Below, piece by piece: positions 1 to 9,188 of a stretch of 64,000 nucleotides of DNA. This DNA is from a virus (Duplodnaviria; Caudoviricetes), in IMG/VR virus record IMGVR_UViG_3300046318_000439, positions 128,001-192,000 of that record. One strand, 5' to 3'. Every line of letters starts with the position of its first letter. The first letter of the stretch is position 1. Under the pieces are notes generated by a model. The model saw only the letters and a list, made by a program, of their open reading frames with translations, made no database searches and had not been told where the DNA came from. The position numbers and the translations under genes are program-made.

Positions 1-58
1 TGGTCACTCTTGCTCTCATATCAGAATCGCGGACTCTAGTTACTATATCCGCCATATA

Positions 59-265
59 TTATTTCTTCGTAGGAACTTCTTTACCCTCAAGCTTCTTGTG
101 AACCTTGATGGTTTTGCATTGTTGTTTTACGGAACCGTCTTTATTCTTAACAACGTTACCGTCTTTGCCTAGTACATCCTTACATACAGTTTTCTTTTCA
201 CCTGCAGCATGGGCAGTACCAATAGCTAATGTAGCTAATACAATTGCTGTTAATATTTGTTTCAT
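59..265 (-). CDS. Small secreted/periplasmic hypothetical protein
   Basis: Classic signal peptide (MKQILTAIVLATLAIGTAHA), two Cys, basic; last gene of lysis cassette. Confidence 0.6.
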   Translation of the reverse strand: MKQILTAIVLATLAIGTAHAAGEKKTVCKDVLGKDGNVVKNKDGSVKQQCKTIKVHKKLEGKEVPTKK

Positions 266-273
266 TTTTGTCC

Positions 274-774
274 CTATAACATTGGTTCGTCTACTGCAGG
301 AGGAGCTTTCTTACCACCAAAGCCTGTCGTTACAGCCGATGGAGTATTTAGGGTGAATGGTTGTTGGGGGACCACAGGAACGCTTGGTGTTACTGGAGCG
401 CTTGGAACTGATGGAACGCTTGGAACTGATGGAACACTTGGCGTTGATGGTAGTCCAGGAATAGATGGAATTGATCCACCCGTCGCACCAGCTAACTTCT
501 CCTGGCCACGACTCCATGCAGTGATACCAAGTACAGCACCCATAGCCATATGGAACAAACCTGCTCCTTGTAATGTCAGCGGTTGCCATTGTCTAAATGC
601 GTCATTGGCTGCTTGTGTTTCCCAAAACTGTACCACGGCCCATAATATAGGTGCTACAATAAAGTCAAACGCACATACGCTCATATACATTATGGCCATC
701 ATTGGACGCCACTTCTTTGTCATCCAATCTTCTGCTTCTTTTTCTACTTTTGTTGGCTTGTTATTATCTGCCAT
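274..774 (-). CDS. Holin (3TM-type/GTA-holin-like) with Pro/Ser/Val-rich tail
   Basis: WRPMMAIMY...QWQPLTLQGAGLFHMAMGAVLGITAWSRGQEK pattern, hydrophobic segments, directly downstream of endolysin. Confidence 0.7.
   Translation of the reverse strand: MADNNKPTKVEKEAEDWMTKKWRPMMAIMYMSVCAFDFIVAPILWAVVQFWETQAANDAFRQWQPLTLQGAGLFHMAMGAVLGITAWSRGQEKLAGATGGSIPSIPGLPSTPSVPSVPSVPSVPSAPVTPSVPVVPQQPFTLNTPSAVTTGFGGKKAPPAVDEPML
399..443 (-). repeat. Short 18-bp coding tandem repeat (PSVPSV) in holin tail
   Basis: cgcttggaactgatggaa twice plus a partial copy. Confidence 0.7.
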
Positions 775-785
775 TTTATTTTTCC

Positions 786-1406
786 TTAGTGAGCACCTAA
801 AACATGAAGTGCGTGTTCATAGTGTTTGATTCGATCATCTAAACCAATATAACCACCATTAATGGCTCTCGTCAAGCCTTTAATATCACTAACATCAGCG
901 AATCTATTTAAATTGTTTGTTTCCCAAAACCAACATGCTGACTGCGCAGCACCTTCAAAAGTAGCAAGATATGCTGGCACATCTTCTACATCCATTTCCA
1001 AACTGTCAGCAAAGTTCTGATAGTTCGTTTTACCTGTCAATTGAATTAGCCCTCTACCGCAATATCGGAATCCATCCCCTGACGATTCATCACCATTGCC
1101 CATACGGTTAGCATAAATCCTATTTGCAATTAATTCCTGCTTTCCAGCATATGCGGCTGCGATCTCATCTGTAGGGAAATATTTACTAAACAATTTACGC
1201 AATGTAACTGCTCGGTAATTTAAATTTTCCTTAAGAGTTCTAAAGTTGCCACTTTCGTGCGCGCATTGCGCAACAAATGCAGCTACCCGGTGTGGTGTAT
1301 CAATCTCATAATCTGGTAGTAAAATTTCTAAAGCTTCATGCCAGTCGGCAACATATGGGTTGCCAGGAATCATTTGTGCTAGTTGTTCTTTTGTAAGTAT
1401 CGACAT
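786..1406 (-). CDS. Endolysin, glycoside hydrolase family 19
   Basis: AAFVAQCAHESGNF, YCGRGLIQLTGKTNY, AINGG motifs. Confidence 0.92.
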   Translation of the reverse strand: MSILTKEQLAQMIPGNPYVADWHEALEILLPDYEIDTPHRVAAFVAQCAHESGNFRTLKENLNYRAVTLRKLFSKYFPTDEIAAAYAGKQELIANRIYANRMGNGDESSGDGFRYCGRGLIQLTGKTNYQNFADSLEMDVEDVPAYLATFEGAAQSACWFWETNNLNRFADVSDIKGLTRAINGGYIGLDDRIKHYEHALHVLGAH

Positions 1407-1409
1407 TTA

Positions 1410-1613
1410 TTAAACCATTGATGTAGCTGCAATAGCTGCGTTGATGTATATATTAAGTTCTTCTTTAAATTTTAACTCTTCTTCTGAATGAGCTATCACT
1501 GAGGATATATCCAACCCCTTCATTAAATCTCCATACTCACCTGCTGTTATCTCTTTACTTTTTAGCATCGAACCATACTGCGTTGCCAGTTGATGTATTT
1601 CTTGTAACGTCAT
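1410..1613 (-). CDS. Hypothetical protein (likely start 1613)
   Basis: ATG at 1613 overlaps the upstream TGA stop. Confidence 0.55.
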   Translation of the reverse strand: MTLQEIHQLATQYGSMLKSKEITAGEYGDLMKGLDISSVIAHSEEELKFKEELNIYINAAIAATSMV

Positions 1614-2014
1614 CTTGGTTTTGCTCCTATAATCTTCTGTGAGGAAATCGCGTTCTTTTCTACTTGTTGCATTTTCAATTTGCAATAAGCAGCACTCACT
1701 GTCTCATTCTTTTCATAATGTTTCTTTAACTGTTCTGTTATTAAGAACAAATTATATGCAATAGTGCTCGTGTCATCGTTTCTTGCTCTTAATTGAGTAA
1801 AGTTTTTAAAGTATGTTGCTGTGATAAACATTTCATTAATGTGCTGCTCTGTCTTCTTTTTATCAGCGCACGACTCTTGTGCTACCTCAGCTTGTGTTCT
1901 TAATTGTGTAATCGCTGCATATTCATTTGTGTCATATTTTGCCATAAAGTATGCATCATAGAGAGCACACCCAGATAACATATACACTGCAAGCGCGAGT
2001 ATTACTTTTTTCAT
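1610..2014 (-). CDS. Lipoprotein of unknown function in lysis cassette
   Basis: Signal peptide II with lipobox LSGC. Confidence 0.7.
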   Translation of the reverse strand: MKKVILALAVYMLSGCALYDAYFMAKYDTNEYAAITQLRTQAEVAQESCADKKKTEQHINEMFITATYFKNFTQLRARNDDTSTIAYNLFLITEQLKKHYEKNETVSAAYCKLKMQQVEKNAISSQKIIGAKPR

Positions 2015-2577
2015 TCTATTATCTTCTGCTGTTCTTTAACCCACCGTTGTAAGGAAATGAGTTGTTCTTTCAACTCATGATATGTTCCGTAGTTCTCTGT
2101 TACTGTTTTGGTTGTGGTAGAGAGCGTAACTCCGGAGGCGCTTTCATTAGTGAGTCTGGCGGCGTCGGGAACTTTGTTGTGTGCGGCACTGTCATGCAAG
2201 ACGACAACATTGTTAGGAATAACGCACTTAGCATCAGCTTCTTTAGTAATGTACTTGTCAACATATTTAACAATTGTCTCACCTTTTTGTTTTGTTAATA
2301 CTAACTTGGTTTGATACTCCTGCTCAATTTTTGCAGTAGCTTCTTTTGATTCTTTTTCTATGCGGGCAACTTCAGCACGTGCTTTTTCAATGTAATGGTT
2401 ACCACCTTCTAACCAAACACCCCATGTAAACAAAACTGCGCCAACGAGAGTAATTATAGATCTATAAGTTGATACAAATGGAATGAAAGAAATCGTTTTA
2501 CCTATTGTAAGTAAAACGACTCCAGAAATAAAGATGGTATGGATGGACCAACTAGGAAGGAAGTTTAGAACCCACAT
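2011..2577 (-). CDS. Inner-membrane spanin (Rz-like)
   Basis: N-terminal TM segments, coiled coil, C-terminal C..P...V.LHD and NY..YH..K.QL..LQ.W pattern. Confidence 0.7.
   Translation of the reverse strand: MWVLNFLPSWSIHTIFISGVVLLTIGKTISFIPFVSTYRSIITLVGAVLFTWGVWLEGGNHYIEKARAEVARIEKESKEATAKIEQEYQTKLVLTKQKGETIVKYVDKYITKEADAKCVIPNNVVVLHDSAAHNKVPDAARLTNESASGVTLSTTTKTVTENYGTYHELKEQLISLQRWVKEQQKIIE
2100..2282 (-). CDS. Outer-membrane spanin lipoprotein (Rz1-like), embedded in Rz in another frame
   Basis: Lipobox LSSC then Pro-rich 32-aa mature part (FPTPPDSLMKAPPEL); fully nested in 2011..2577. Confidence 0.75.
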   Translation of the reverse strand: MRQLLNMLTSTLLKKLMLSALFLTMLSSCMTVPHTTKFPTPPDSLMKAPPELRSLPQPKQ

Positions 2578-2725
2578 TTGGAACCTTTCGCTTCAACATA
2601 TTTTTCACTTTAGCGAGCAGTGCTTTGTGTTTTGGAGGCTCACCCTGTGGACCTACGCCTAGACCAGCAACGTTTCCGCCACCGACATTATTAACCGATA
2701 CGTCTTCTTTAAGTTGCTTGTCCAT
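2552..2725 (-). CDS. Small hypothetical protein (57 aa, not in ORF track)
   Basis: Manual translation MDKQLKEDVSVNNVGGGNVAGLGVGPQGEPPKHK...; fills the gap between genes. Confidence 0.6.
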   Translation of the reverse strand: MDKQLKEDVSVNNVGGGNVAGLGVGPQGEPPKHKALLAKVKNMLKRKVPNVGSKLPS

Positions 2726-3119
2726 CAATTTTCCTTAATACTTCTACAATGTTTGGTTCAAGAGGAATGTCGCTAGTGTAAATGTCTTTACCCTCTACGC
2801 CAATCTTCCTTACTACGTCTGGTAGTGTTCCCATCATCACAAGAAACGGTGTGATTAAATGGAGATAATCCTTAAGCTTCAAAAACAAGAGCCGAGTACC
2901 AGCCTCAGCCCCAAATACATTATAGATAATTGTCAAGTGATTTATAATCAACCGATCTTTGATATCGCCTGATTCTTCATACTTATTCAATAATCGTTTA
3001 ATGTACTTAAAGCGATTTAAATCTTCATAAAACTCAATTGTATCATAGCAGTGTGGATTGTCATAATGTTTTGCTGCATATAATAAAAAGTTTGTTTCGT
3101 CAACTTGGTCAATAATCAT
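2709..3119 (-). CDS. Conserved T4-like hypothetical protein
   Basis: NFLLYAAKHYDNPHC...EFYEDLNRFKYIKRLL...RLIINH pattern typical of T4-like myoviruses. Confidence 0.75.
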   Translation of the reverse strand: MIIDQVDETNFLLYAAKHYDNPHCYDTIEFYEDLNRFKYIKRLLNKYEESGDIKDRLIINHLTIIYNVFGAEAGTRLLFLKLKDYLHLITPFLVMMGTLPDVVRKIGVEGKDIYTSDIPLEPNIVEVLRKIDGQAT

Positions 3120-3121
3120 AA

Positions 3122-3451
3122 TTAGAATGTACTTAGAGCTGCCCTCTTTATTGTACCATTTGCTGTGGCCACATAAATGTAGTTATCATCAAACCAAATA
3201 GACCCCTGTACGTCACTTGTTCCAGTAGACAATACGGGAGTGTTTTTTCTACGGATCACTAAATTATTAGCCGACAAATAATGAGTGTTACTTACAGTCA
3301 CATTGGCTTGGCTGTTATTTAAAAAGTTTTGTACAGTAACCTGCCTCGTTACCGCGTTGCCAGATGGGGCATCCACGATAACGAGCAAGTCGTCTGTTGA
3401 CGGCGCTGTTAGAGCTGTGAGCTCTGAAATCTTCTTTGCGCGATCAGCCAT
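3122..3451 (-). CDS. Probable virion structural protein
   Basis: KKISELTAL...DDLLVIVD head and GSIWFDDNYIYVAT motif seen in fibre-associated proteins. Confidence 0.5.
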   Translation of the reverse strand: MADRAKKISELTALTAPSTDDLLVIVDAPSGNAVTRQVTVQNFLNNSQANVTVSNTHYLSANNLVIRRKNTPVLSTGTSDVQGSIWFDDNYIYVATANGTIKRAALSTF

Positions 3452-3454
3452 CTA

Positions 3455-4093
3455 TTACGCTACGATAGTGATAACTGCGTTTGAAGAGAACACTGCATCA
3501 GCACCAGTTGCAGCTACACGTACGCGATAGATCTCTGCAGTTGTTGCTGTGTTAGCTAATACTGACAATGTTGCTGTTGTAGTGTTGCTATAGGCACCAG
3601 CATTTGACAAGTTAGCGAAAGCTGCGCCATCATACTTCTGCCATACGTATGTCAATGAAGCACCTGTCGGTACAGAAGCGGCAGCGACTGAGAAGTTCAC
3701 GATATCGTTATTGCTTGCGTCACCTGTATTAGCAGCAGGCTGTGTATTGATTACTAACTTGTAATCTGGTACAACAGTATCATCAGAAGCGTCTGTCGAT
3801 AAACGAACAGCTACTAGTGTCTCGTACTGCGTACGACCAGCACGGCCGCCTGATCCAACTGTACGCAACTGATATCCAGGTGTCACTACGCGTGTGTTTG
3901 CACCAGCGCGTGCTGCACGTGCTTCGGCTACGTCTACACCAAAGATACCTTTTGTTGTGCCAGATACGAATGCGTCAGCTGTCGTGTTGCCATAAAGCGC
4001 ATCGCGGTTAGTTGTATTTTGTGTTGCTTGAACTGTAGAGCATACTATAACGCTAACGTTACTAGCAGCATCTGATTTTCCATATAATGCCAT
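3455..4093 (-). CDS. Virion structural protein with C-terminal Ig-like domain
   Basis: MALYG start, GRAGRTQYETLV; Ig-like INTQP...FSVAA...LTYVWQ...TLSV...YRVRV. Confidence 0.65.
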   Translation of the reverse strand: MALYGKSDAASNVSVIVCSTVQATQNTTNRDALYGNTTADAFVSGTTKGIFGVDVAEARAARAGANTRVVTPGYQLRTVGSGGRAGRTQYETLVAVRLSTDASDDTVVPDYKLVINTQPAANTGDASNNDIVNFSVAAASVPTGASLTYVWQKYDGAAFANLSNAGAYSNTTTATLSVLANTATTAEIYRVRVAATGADAVFSSNAVITIVA

Positions 4094-4097
4094 TTGT

Positions 4098-4319
4098 TTA
4101 TTCCCCTTTTGTTGTTAAATCTTCTAAGTATTTAGAATTCTTATATACTACTTTCTCAATACCATTCTCGATGACAGTTACTTGTTTTGATTTGGTCGGA
4201 AAAGTAGCTGCATTTTTTCGCGAAACTTTCTCTGCAATTGATATATTGCGTTCGTTCATTAGTGTTTTTTTATCGGCCACTACATCGTTTATAACGACTT
4301 TGCCTGCTTTAATAGCCAT
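4098..4319 (-). CDS. Hypothetical protein
   Basis: ORF with RBS in co-oriented operon. Confidence 0.55.
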   Translation of the reverse strand: MAIKAGKVVINDVVADKKTLMNERNISIAEKVSRKNAATFPTKSKQVTVIENGIEKVVYKNSKYLEDLTTKGE

Positions 4320-4326
4320 TTTTATC

Positions 4327-4854
4327 TCACTTCAACATTGAATGAACTGACTGAAAGTTCTCATGTGATTTGTATACATGAGAAGCCGCTTCAGCGCGAT
4401 CTGCTGGCTTTAGCTTTTCAAGCGCTGATAATACTTTATGTGCATGTTCTGATTTAACGAAATGTTTTTTACCATTTTCGAAATGAATATCTGCACCACC
4501 TTTTTCCGACTTACCGTCTACTGCACGTTTCAATTGCATATGGATGTTTTGGTTAGCCTCAGGTCCTTTATCTTCTAACTCATCTTCACCCTCATCTTCG
4601 TGCTCTGATTTAGCAGGAGCAGACTTAGGACGGCCGCGAGCAGCCATCTCAAGGATGTCTCTTAGTGAGCTTTCTTTGATATGTTTGATCTTACCACCCA
4701 TTTCATGGAAGTCATCCAACTCTGTATCGGATAGATGCTCACCAACTTTAATACCACCAGAAAAGTTTTTACCAACAGCGTGTACTTTATATTTTGTACC
4801 GCCAGCTGTCTTTACTGGTTTAACGTGTAATGCGTCTGGATGTAGGGTTGCCAT
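4327..4854 (-). CDS. Probable head internal protein (likely start 4854)
   Basis: AAGGA RBS before ATG 4854; charged His/Lys-rich; IKE/ILE candidate gp21 cleavage sites. Confidence 0.5.
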   Translation of the reverse strand: MATLHPDALHVKPVKTAGGTKYKVHAVGKNFSGGIKVGEHLSDTELDDFHEMGGKIKHIKESSLRDILEMAARGRPKSAPAKSEHEDEGEDELEDKGPEANQNIHMQLKRAVDGKSEKGGADIHFENGKKHFVKSEHAHKVLSALEKLKPADRAEAASHVYKSHENFQSVHSMLK

Positions 4855-4855
4855 A

Positions 4856-6463
4856 TTATTCCTTTGAATCAAACTGTTTTGATAATTCTTCAATACGAGC
4901 CAACTCTTCTGATGAGAGTGTAATGTTCTCTTCTACTTTTTCTTTTTCTGGCTTCTTCGTGTACACAGTACCAGTTGAAATCTTTTTCTTTTCAAACTTA
5001 CCAGTACCTTCTTGCTCTTTACGCTTCTTCAACCAAGCGTCCATTTCAGCAAATCCTTCTGTATACAAACCGCCATAACTTTCCTTACCACGCTTCTCTA
5101 GTTCTTTAGAAGCATGAATGACGCGATCGCGTTGATCGTGAGATACATGATACTCAGAAGTACCACTATCTTCATCATGAGTAATCTTGCTAATCTTTGC
5201 ACCAACTTTATCCAACGCTGCCTTAGCATGCTTCTTCATAAAATCAGTAGCGCCAGATAAAATATGAGTAGCTTCTTCTAACTCATTTTCTTCTTTAACT
5301 TCTTTATCTTCTTTGTCTTCTGGTTTAACGCGAGGCTTACCAAACTTTAAATTCTGTTTGTCTTTAATTGTATCCATCACATTACCGCCACCGATAATCT
5401 TACCATCTTTATCGAGAGTTAGCTTTTCATCTAATTCTGTTGGCTCAGTATCTTCTTTAATTTTTTTTACAAGACTTTTAGTGGCTTTATTAATACCCAC
5501 TAAACGGTTTGCGAACTTGTTAGCAGTTTTATCTTCTTCTTGTCCTGCTCCCATGCGATATGCATCACTAGCAATTGAATGCTTAGCTTTATTGATATAG
5601 CTGGCTAACGTTTTTGCTTTCAATTCATCAATCTGTTCTACTTCTTCTTTAGCAAGTTGCTTTTCTTTCTGAGCAATCTTTTTCTTCATATTCATGGCTC
5701 TGCCAGCATAGTGCTGAGCAGCATATTTGTTATCATCCATGTGCGATTGGAATGCTTTATTGCCTAGCTTTTCTTTAGCAGATTTCATTGTGTCGATTGA
5801 GATTTCATCAAGCTGCTCGCCTTCAACTTCTACACTCTCCATTGGCTCTTTCTTGCCTTTGATGAATGCTTTCAATCCTTTTCCTACGTTGTGTAGAGGA
5901 CCTGGCTTCTTACCAGCTGTCTTTAACCATGACTTATCTGACACGTCAGTATTCTTAGATGGGGTAGCTTCTTCAATCTTCTCACCATTAAGAATTGTTT
6001 CATCAGCTACATCTGCTTGCATTTTAGATTTACGGCTACGGAGCACTTCGAAATCGTGTGCATCAATCTTACCGTTCTTGTTAGCATCAATCTTTTTCTG
6101 ATTAGGATGTAAGGCTTTAGCTTCATCTACTGACTCTGTGACTGGCTTAGCAGCACCACGAGCAGCGTATGCACGTTGAATGGCTTCTGATTCAGCTTTT
6201 TGCTGTGCTGCTGATTCAGCAACTGATTTTGCATATACAGCACTGATTGCGTCATTGACACGGCGCTCTGGAGCTTTAGAAGCGTAAGTATTTACTTTAG
6301 CTTCTTCTGTAGACAATGGACGAGCAGCCATCTTTGTATACTGAGATGATAACTGTTCATTTGTGGTTTTAGCCGCTTCTGCTTTAACTTTGGACGAATC
6401 TTTAAGTACGCCAGAAACTGAGTCTAGCAACCCTTTTGATAATCCTAAATCTAATTCTTTCAT
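4856..6463 (-). CDS. Large charged modular protein, probable head-internal polyprotein
   Basis: Repeated LDE/IDE/LEE/IEE sites, EF-hand-like IDANKNGKIDAHDF, GATAAATA late-promoter-like site upstream. Confidence 0.55.
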   Translation of the reverse strand: MKELDLGLSKGLLDSVSGVLKDSSKVKAEAAKTTNEQLSSQYTKMAARPLSTEEAKVNTYASKAPERRVNDAISAVYAKSVAESAAQQKAESEAIQRAYAARGAAKPVTESVDEAKALHPNQKKIDANKNGKIDAHDFEVLRSRKSKMQADVADETILNGEKIEEATPSKNTDVSDKSWLKTAGKKPGPLHNVGKGLKAFIKGKKEPMESVEVEGEQLDEISIDTMKSAKEKLGNKAFQSHMDDNKYAAQHYAGRAMNMKKKIAQKEKQLAKEEVEQIDELKAKTLASYINKAKHSIASDAYRMGAGQEEDKTANKFANRLVGINKATKSLVKKIKEDTEPTELDEKLTLDKDGKIIGGGNVMDTIKDKQNLKFGKPRVKPEDKEDKEVKEENELEEATHILSGATDFMKKHAKAALDKVGAKISKITHDEDSGTSEYHVSHDQRDRVIHASKELEKRGKESYGGLYTEGFAEMDAWLKKRKEQEGTGKFEKKKISTGTVYTKKPEKEKVEENITLSSEELARIEELSKQFDSKE

Positions 6464-6495
6464 TTTATCTTCCTATTAATTTAATTGTGTTAAGC

Positions 6496-6503
6496 TATTT
6501 ATC
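6496..6503 (-). promoter_or_regulatory. Late-promoter-like GATAAATA
   Basis: One mismatch to T4 gp55 consensus TATAAATA, intergenic. Confidence 0.45.
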
Positions 6504-7019
6504 CTAGAGATCTCTTGGGTTCAGAATGTATGTTTTAACTTCTTCTGTGACCGGCTCTGGTTGTTTTTCTTCTTGAACAGGTGCTCCCATCATACTTGAT
6601 CTGAGCATCCATCCATGTTTCTTGTGAGTATCAATACGACCTTCTAAGAAATTCACCAATCCACGTTCATTATATCTTTCCGCTGCTTCGTGTACTTCTT
6701 TAAGCACAGCAATAACTGTTTCATTATCGCGATACAAAATAGACACCATCTGCTGTAATACAGGAACACTTGTTTGACATTCAATTTCTGATAGACTTAG
6801 GTATTGCGTGAATGATCCATATGCAACTCCATCGAGAGCGCGAATTTGTTCTGCTGTCTGATCTACTGCCTCGTATGCATCTCCATACAATTCTCCAAAG
6901 AAGTCATGGAACTGGAAAAAGTCTTGTCCCTTAACATTCCAATGGAAGAATTGCGACTTCAAATAAAATGCAAACGTTGTTGCAAGAAGTTTGTTTGATT
7001 TTTCAATTAATTCACTCAT
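6504..7019 (-). CDS. dps: Dps/ferritin-like DNA-protection protein
   Basis: FYLKSQFFHWNVKG..FFQFHDFFGELY...DQTAEQIRAL...HKKHGWML. Confidence 0.9.
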   Translation of the reverse strand: MSELIEKSNKLLATTFAFYLKSQFFHWNVKGQDFFQFHDFFGELYGDAYEAVDQTAEQIRALDGVAYGSFTQYLSLSEIECQTSVPVLQQMVSILYRDNETVIAVLKEVHEAAERYNERGLVNFLEGRIDTHKKHGWMLRSSMMGAPVQEEKQPEPVTEEVKTYILNPRDL

Positions 7020-9133
7020 TATGCCCCTACCTTTTTACTTGCTGACCATGACCAGTTGCATGACCAGTAATTTGCTTTCCATTTTGGACCTGGATTATCA
7101 CAGCCATGTCTAGCACGATATGCTTTACGACGGTCTGGATCATCGCGTTTGATTTCTAAGTTTGGATCTCCAAATCCTAGCTTAATAACATTACCTTTGT
7201 CATTCTTTACATAGACGGCAAACTTCTTTGGGCCACCTGGTGTACGGAATGGTTTATTCAAAGCACGTCCTTCGTTATTCTCTTCTACAAGAGTATTCCA
7301 TTGTTCTTCTGTCCACTCTTCGTAAATGTAGTCTTCTTCCGGTACGCATACGTTTTCTTGCTGTACACGCTTACCACCAGCTAATTTTTCCTTAGCAAGA
7401 TACAGAATAACGTTTGCTACAGTATCATAGTCTTTTTTCTTAAGGGCAGCAACAATCCTTTCCTTCATCATAGCCAATTGTGGAGATTGTCTGCGTACGA
7501 TTTTATTAGCTGCGCGAGTGAATACTGAGCTATCCTTTGCTTCGATAATCTTACGATTCATCTCGCCAGTAGCGCGTCTAATTAACTCAGCTTTCTTACG
7601 AGCAGCTTTTAATTTGTCTTCTTTTTCTAACGCTTCAATTTCTGCTTTAATAACACTGTGTTGACTGAATGAATGAACTTTAGGTAGGTTCTCCACATCA
7701 ACGTTGGTCATATCGCGTGCTGTATATTGTACAGTCTTACGCTCTAATAGATCAGCATCTTCCTCAGCTGCCTTACCATTCGATAGGAATGAATTGACTC
7801 TTGCAAATGCATATTGTTGTGGTGTTAGTGTAGAATCGCTAGGGTATGATTTAATCCCACGAGCAAATACTTCCACAATAGCTTCAAACTCAATTCCAGC
7901 CTTATGTGCTTTTTGCTTGAGAGCAATCGCTGCTTTCTCTGTTAGTGTTTTATTACCATCTATTTCATAAGACGCTATAAGAGGAGTTGGAGCATTGCGA
8001 ATTTGTTTGCCTCTAGCTATAGAAGCAAGACGGTTAATGTCATCACGCTTAACTCTTGGTGCCAAACGATTAGCCATCTTGATAATTTGCTTCTTACGCT
8101 TATCTGCCAAACGATCAACTGCTATCTTATCGCCAACTGTTAGCTTGTTATAGTTTGTACCACGTTGACCAGCAATACGTGTTCTGATTACTGCACGAGC
8201 ACGCTTCAAAGCTCGACGTCGCATTTGTACGGCCTTAGCTAAACGCTTACGAGCAATACGACGAGCTGCTTCTAATTTCTTAGCGTTACGTTTCATCGTA
8301 ACAGCTCTACGCAACCGCTGTTGCATCGATAGTGCTTCGGACAAATCTTCTTTAATTGATGATATGTGTTTAATCATTTCTTTTGCATGAGGCTGTAAGG
8401 CTTTTGGTAAGCCAGATTTAAATTCTTCATGGTTTCCAGATTTTGCATGTTCACGCATCTTTGTACCTGACATTCCTTCTACACCCTCTGCATCTGGATC
8501 GCGATGACCGGCTGAAACTACTTTAATAGATTTAAAGTTATAGTGACCGTGTTTTGATGGTACATTGTTGTATTTCGTCAACATTTTGTGATATTCAGCA
8601 ACACGATCGCTACCAGCAACTACTACTAAATGTTTGTGGCCTTGATTATGTAAATTGGCTGCAGCGTGTAAAATACTTGGTTCTTGCTTTGATGATCCCA
8701 TCACCTTTGTGTCTTTATCAGCAACTTTATGCAAGTAACCTATCTTCTTATCTTGAGGTAGTGGGTCTTTTTGAGTACCTTCTGAGTGGCTAGCTACGAT
8801 GTGAGGAGTGCCGCCATGTTCTTTAGCAACATCTTCAACTTTATGAATCAGCTTTTCGTGACCAACAGTAGGTGGATTGAATCTACCAAAGGCCATTACA
8901 GCTGTTGACTCTTTAGCTTCTAGAATTGGAGGTGAATCTGGATTGATTACAACCTGATCTGCAGGTTGTCCAGTCATTGTAGTACCAGCCTTTTGAGCAG
9001 GAGCAGCTACTGTTTTAGCTTCCTTCTTAGCTGGTGTTTTTTGTTTAACTTGTTGTTTCTTTTCGCTTTTTTCCAATTTTTGGATATCTTCTAGCGAAAT
9101 GTCGCCACTAAATGGCTCGTTATTTTCAATCAT
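7019..9133 (-). CDS. HIGH-family nucleotidyltransferase (phage cytidyltransferase) fused to basic/charged modules
   Basis: AFGRFNPPTVGHEKL, VVVAGSDRV, SAGHRDPDAEGVEGMSGTKMR; C-terminal KFAVYVK..G.VIKLGFGDP...RARHGC domain. Confidence 0.8.
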   Translation of the reverse strand: MIENNEPFSGDISLEDIQKLEKSEKKQQVKQKTPAKKEAKTVAAPAQKAGTTMTGQPADQVVINPDSPPILEAKESTAVMAFGRFNPPTVGHEKLIHKVEDVAKEHGGTPHIVASHSEGTQKDPLPQDKKIGYLHKVADKDTKVMGSSKQEPSILHAAANLHNQGHKHLVVVAGSDRVAEYHKMLTKYNNVPSKHGHYNFKSIKVVSAGHRDPDAEGVEGMSGTKMREHAKSGNHEEFKSGLPKALQPHAKEMIKHISSIKEDLSEALSMQQRLRRAVTMKRNAKKLEAARRIARKRLAKAVQMRRRALKRARAVIRTRIAGQRGTNYNKLTVGDKIAVDRLADKRKKQIIKMANRLAPRVKRDDINRLASIARGKQIRNAPTPLIASYEIDGNKTLTEKAAIALKQKAHKAGIEFEAIVEVFARGIKSYPSDSTLTPQQYAFARVNSFLSNGKAAEEDADLLERKTVQYTARDMTNVDVENLPKVHSFSQHSVIKAEIEALEKEDKLKAARKKAELIRRATGEMNRKIIEAKDSSVFTRAANKIVRRQSPQLAMMKERIVAALKKKDYDTVANVILYLAKEKLAGGKRVQQENVCVPEEDYIYEEWTEEQWNTLVEENNEGRALNKPFRTPGGPKKFAVYVKNDKGNVIKLGFGDPNLEIKRDDPDRRKAYRARHGCDNPGPKWKANYWSCNWSWSASKKVGA

Positions 9134-9174
9134 ATTTTCCTTATCAGGTTTGCCGGGGCCTTACTGAGATGGGG

Positions 9175-9182
9175 TATTTATA
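9175..9182 (-). promoter_or_regulatory. T4-type late promoter TATAAATA
   Basis: Exact consensus about 40 nt upstream of the ATG at 9133. Confidence 0.75.
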
Positions 9183-9188
9183 ATTCTT

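Noticed and set aside
399-443. Direct repeats in the holin gene as a possible mini-CRISPR array
   Set aside because: The units are contiguous with no spacers and simply encode PSVPSV.
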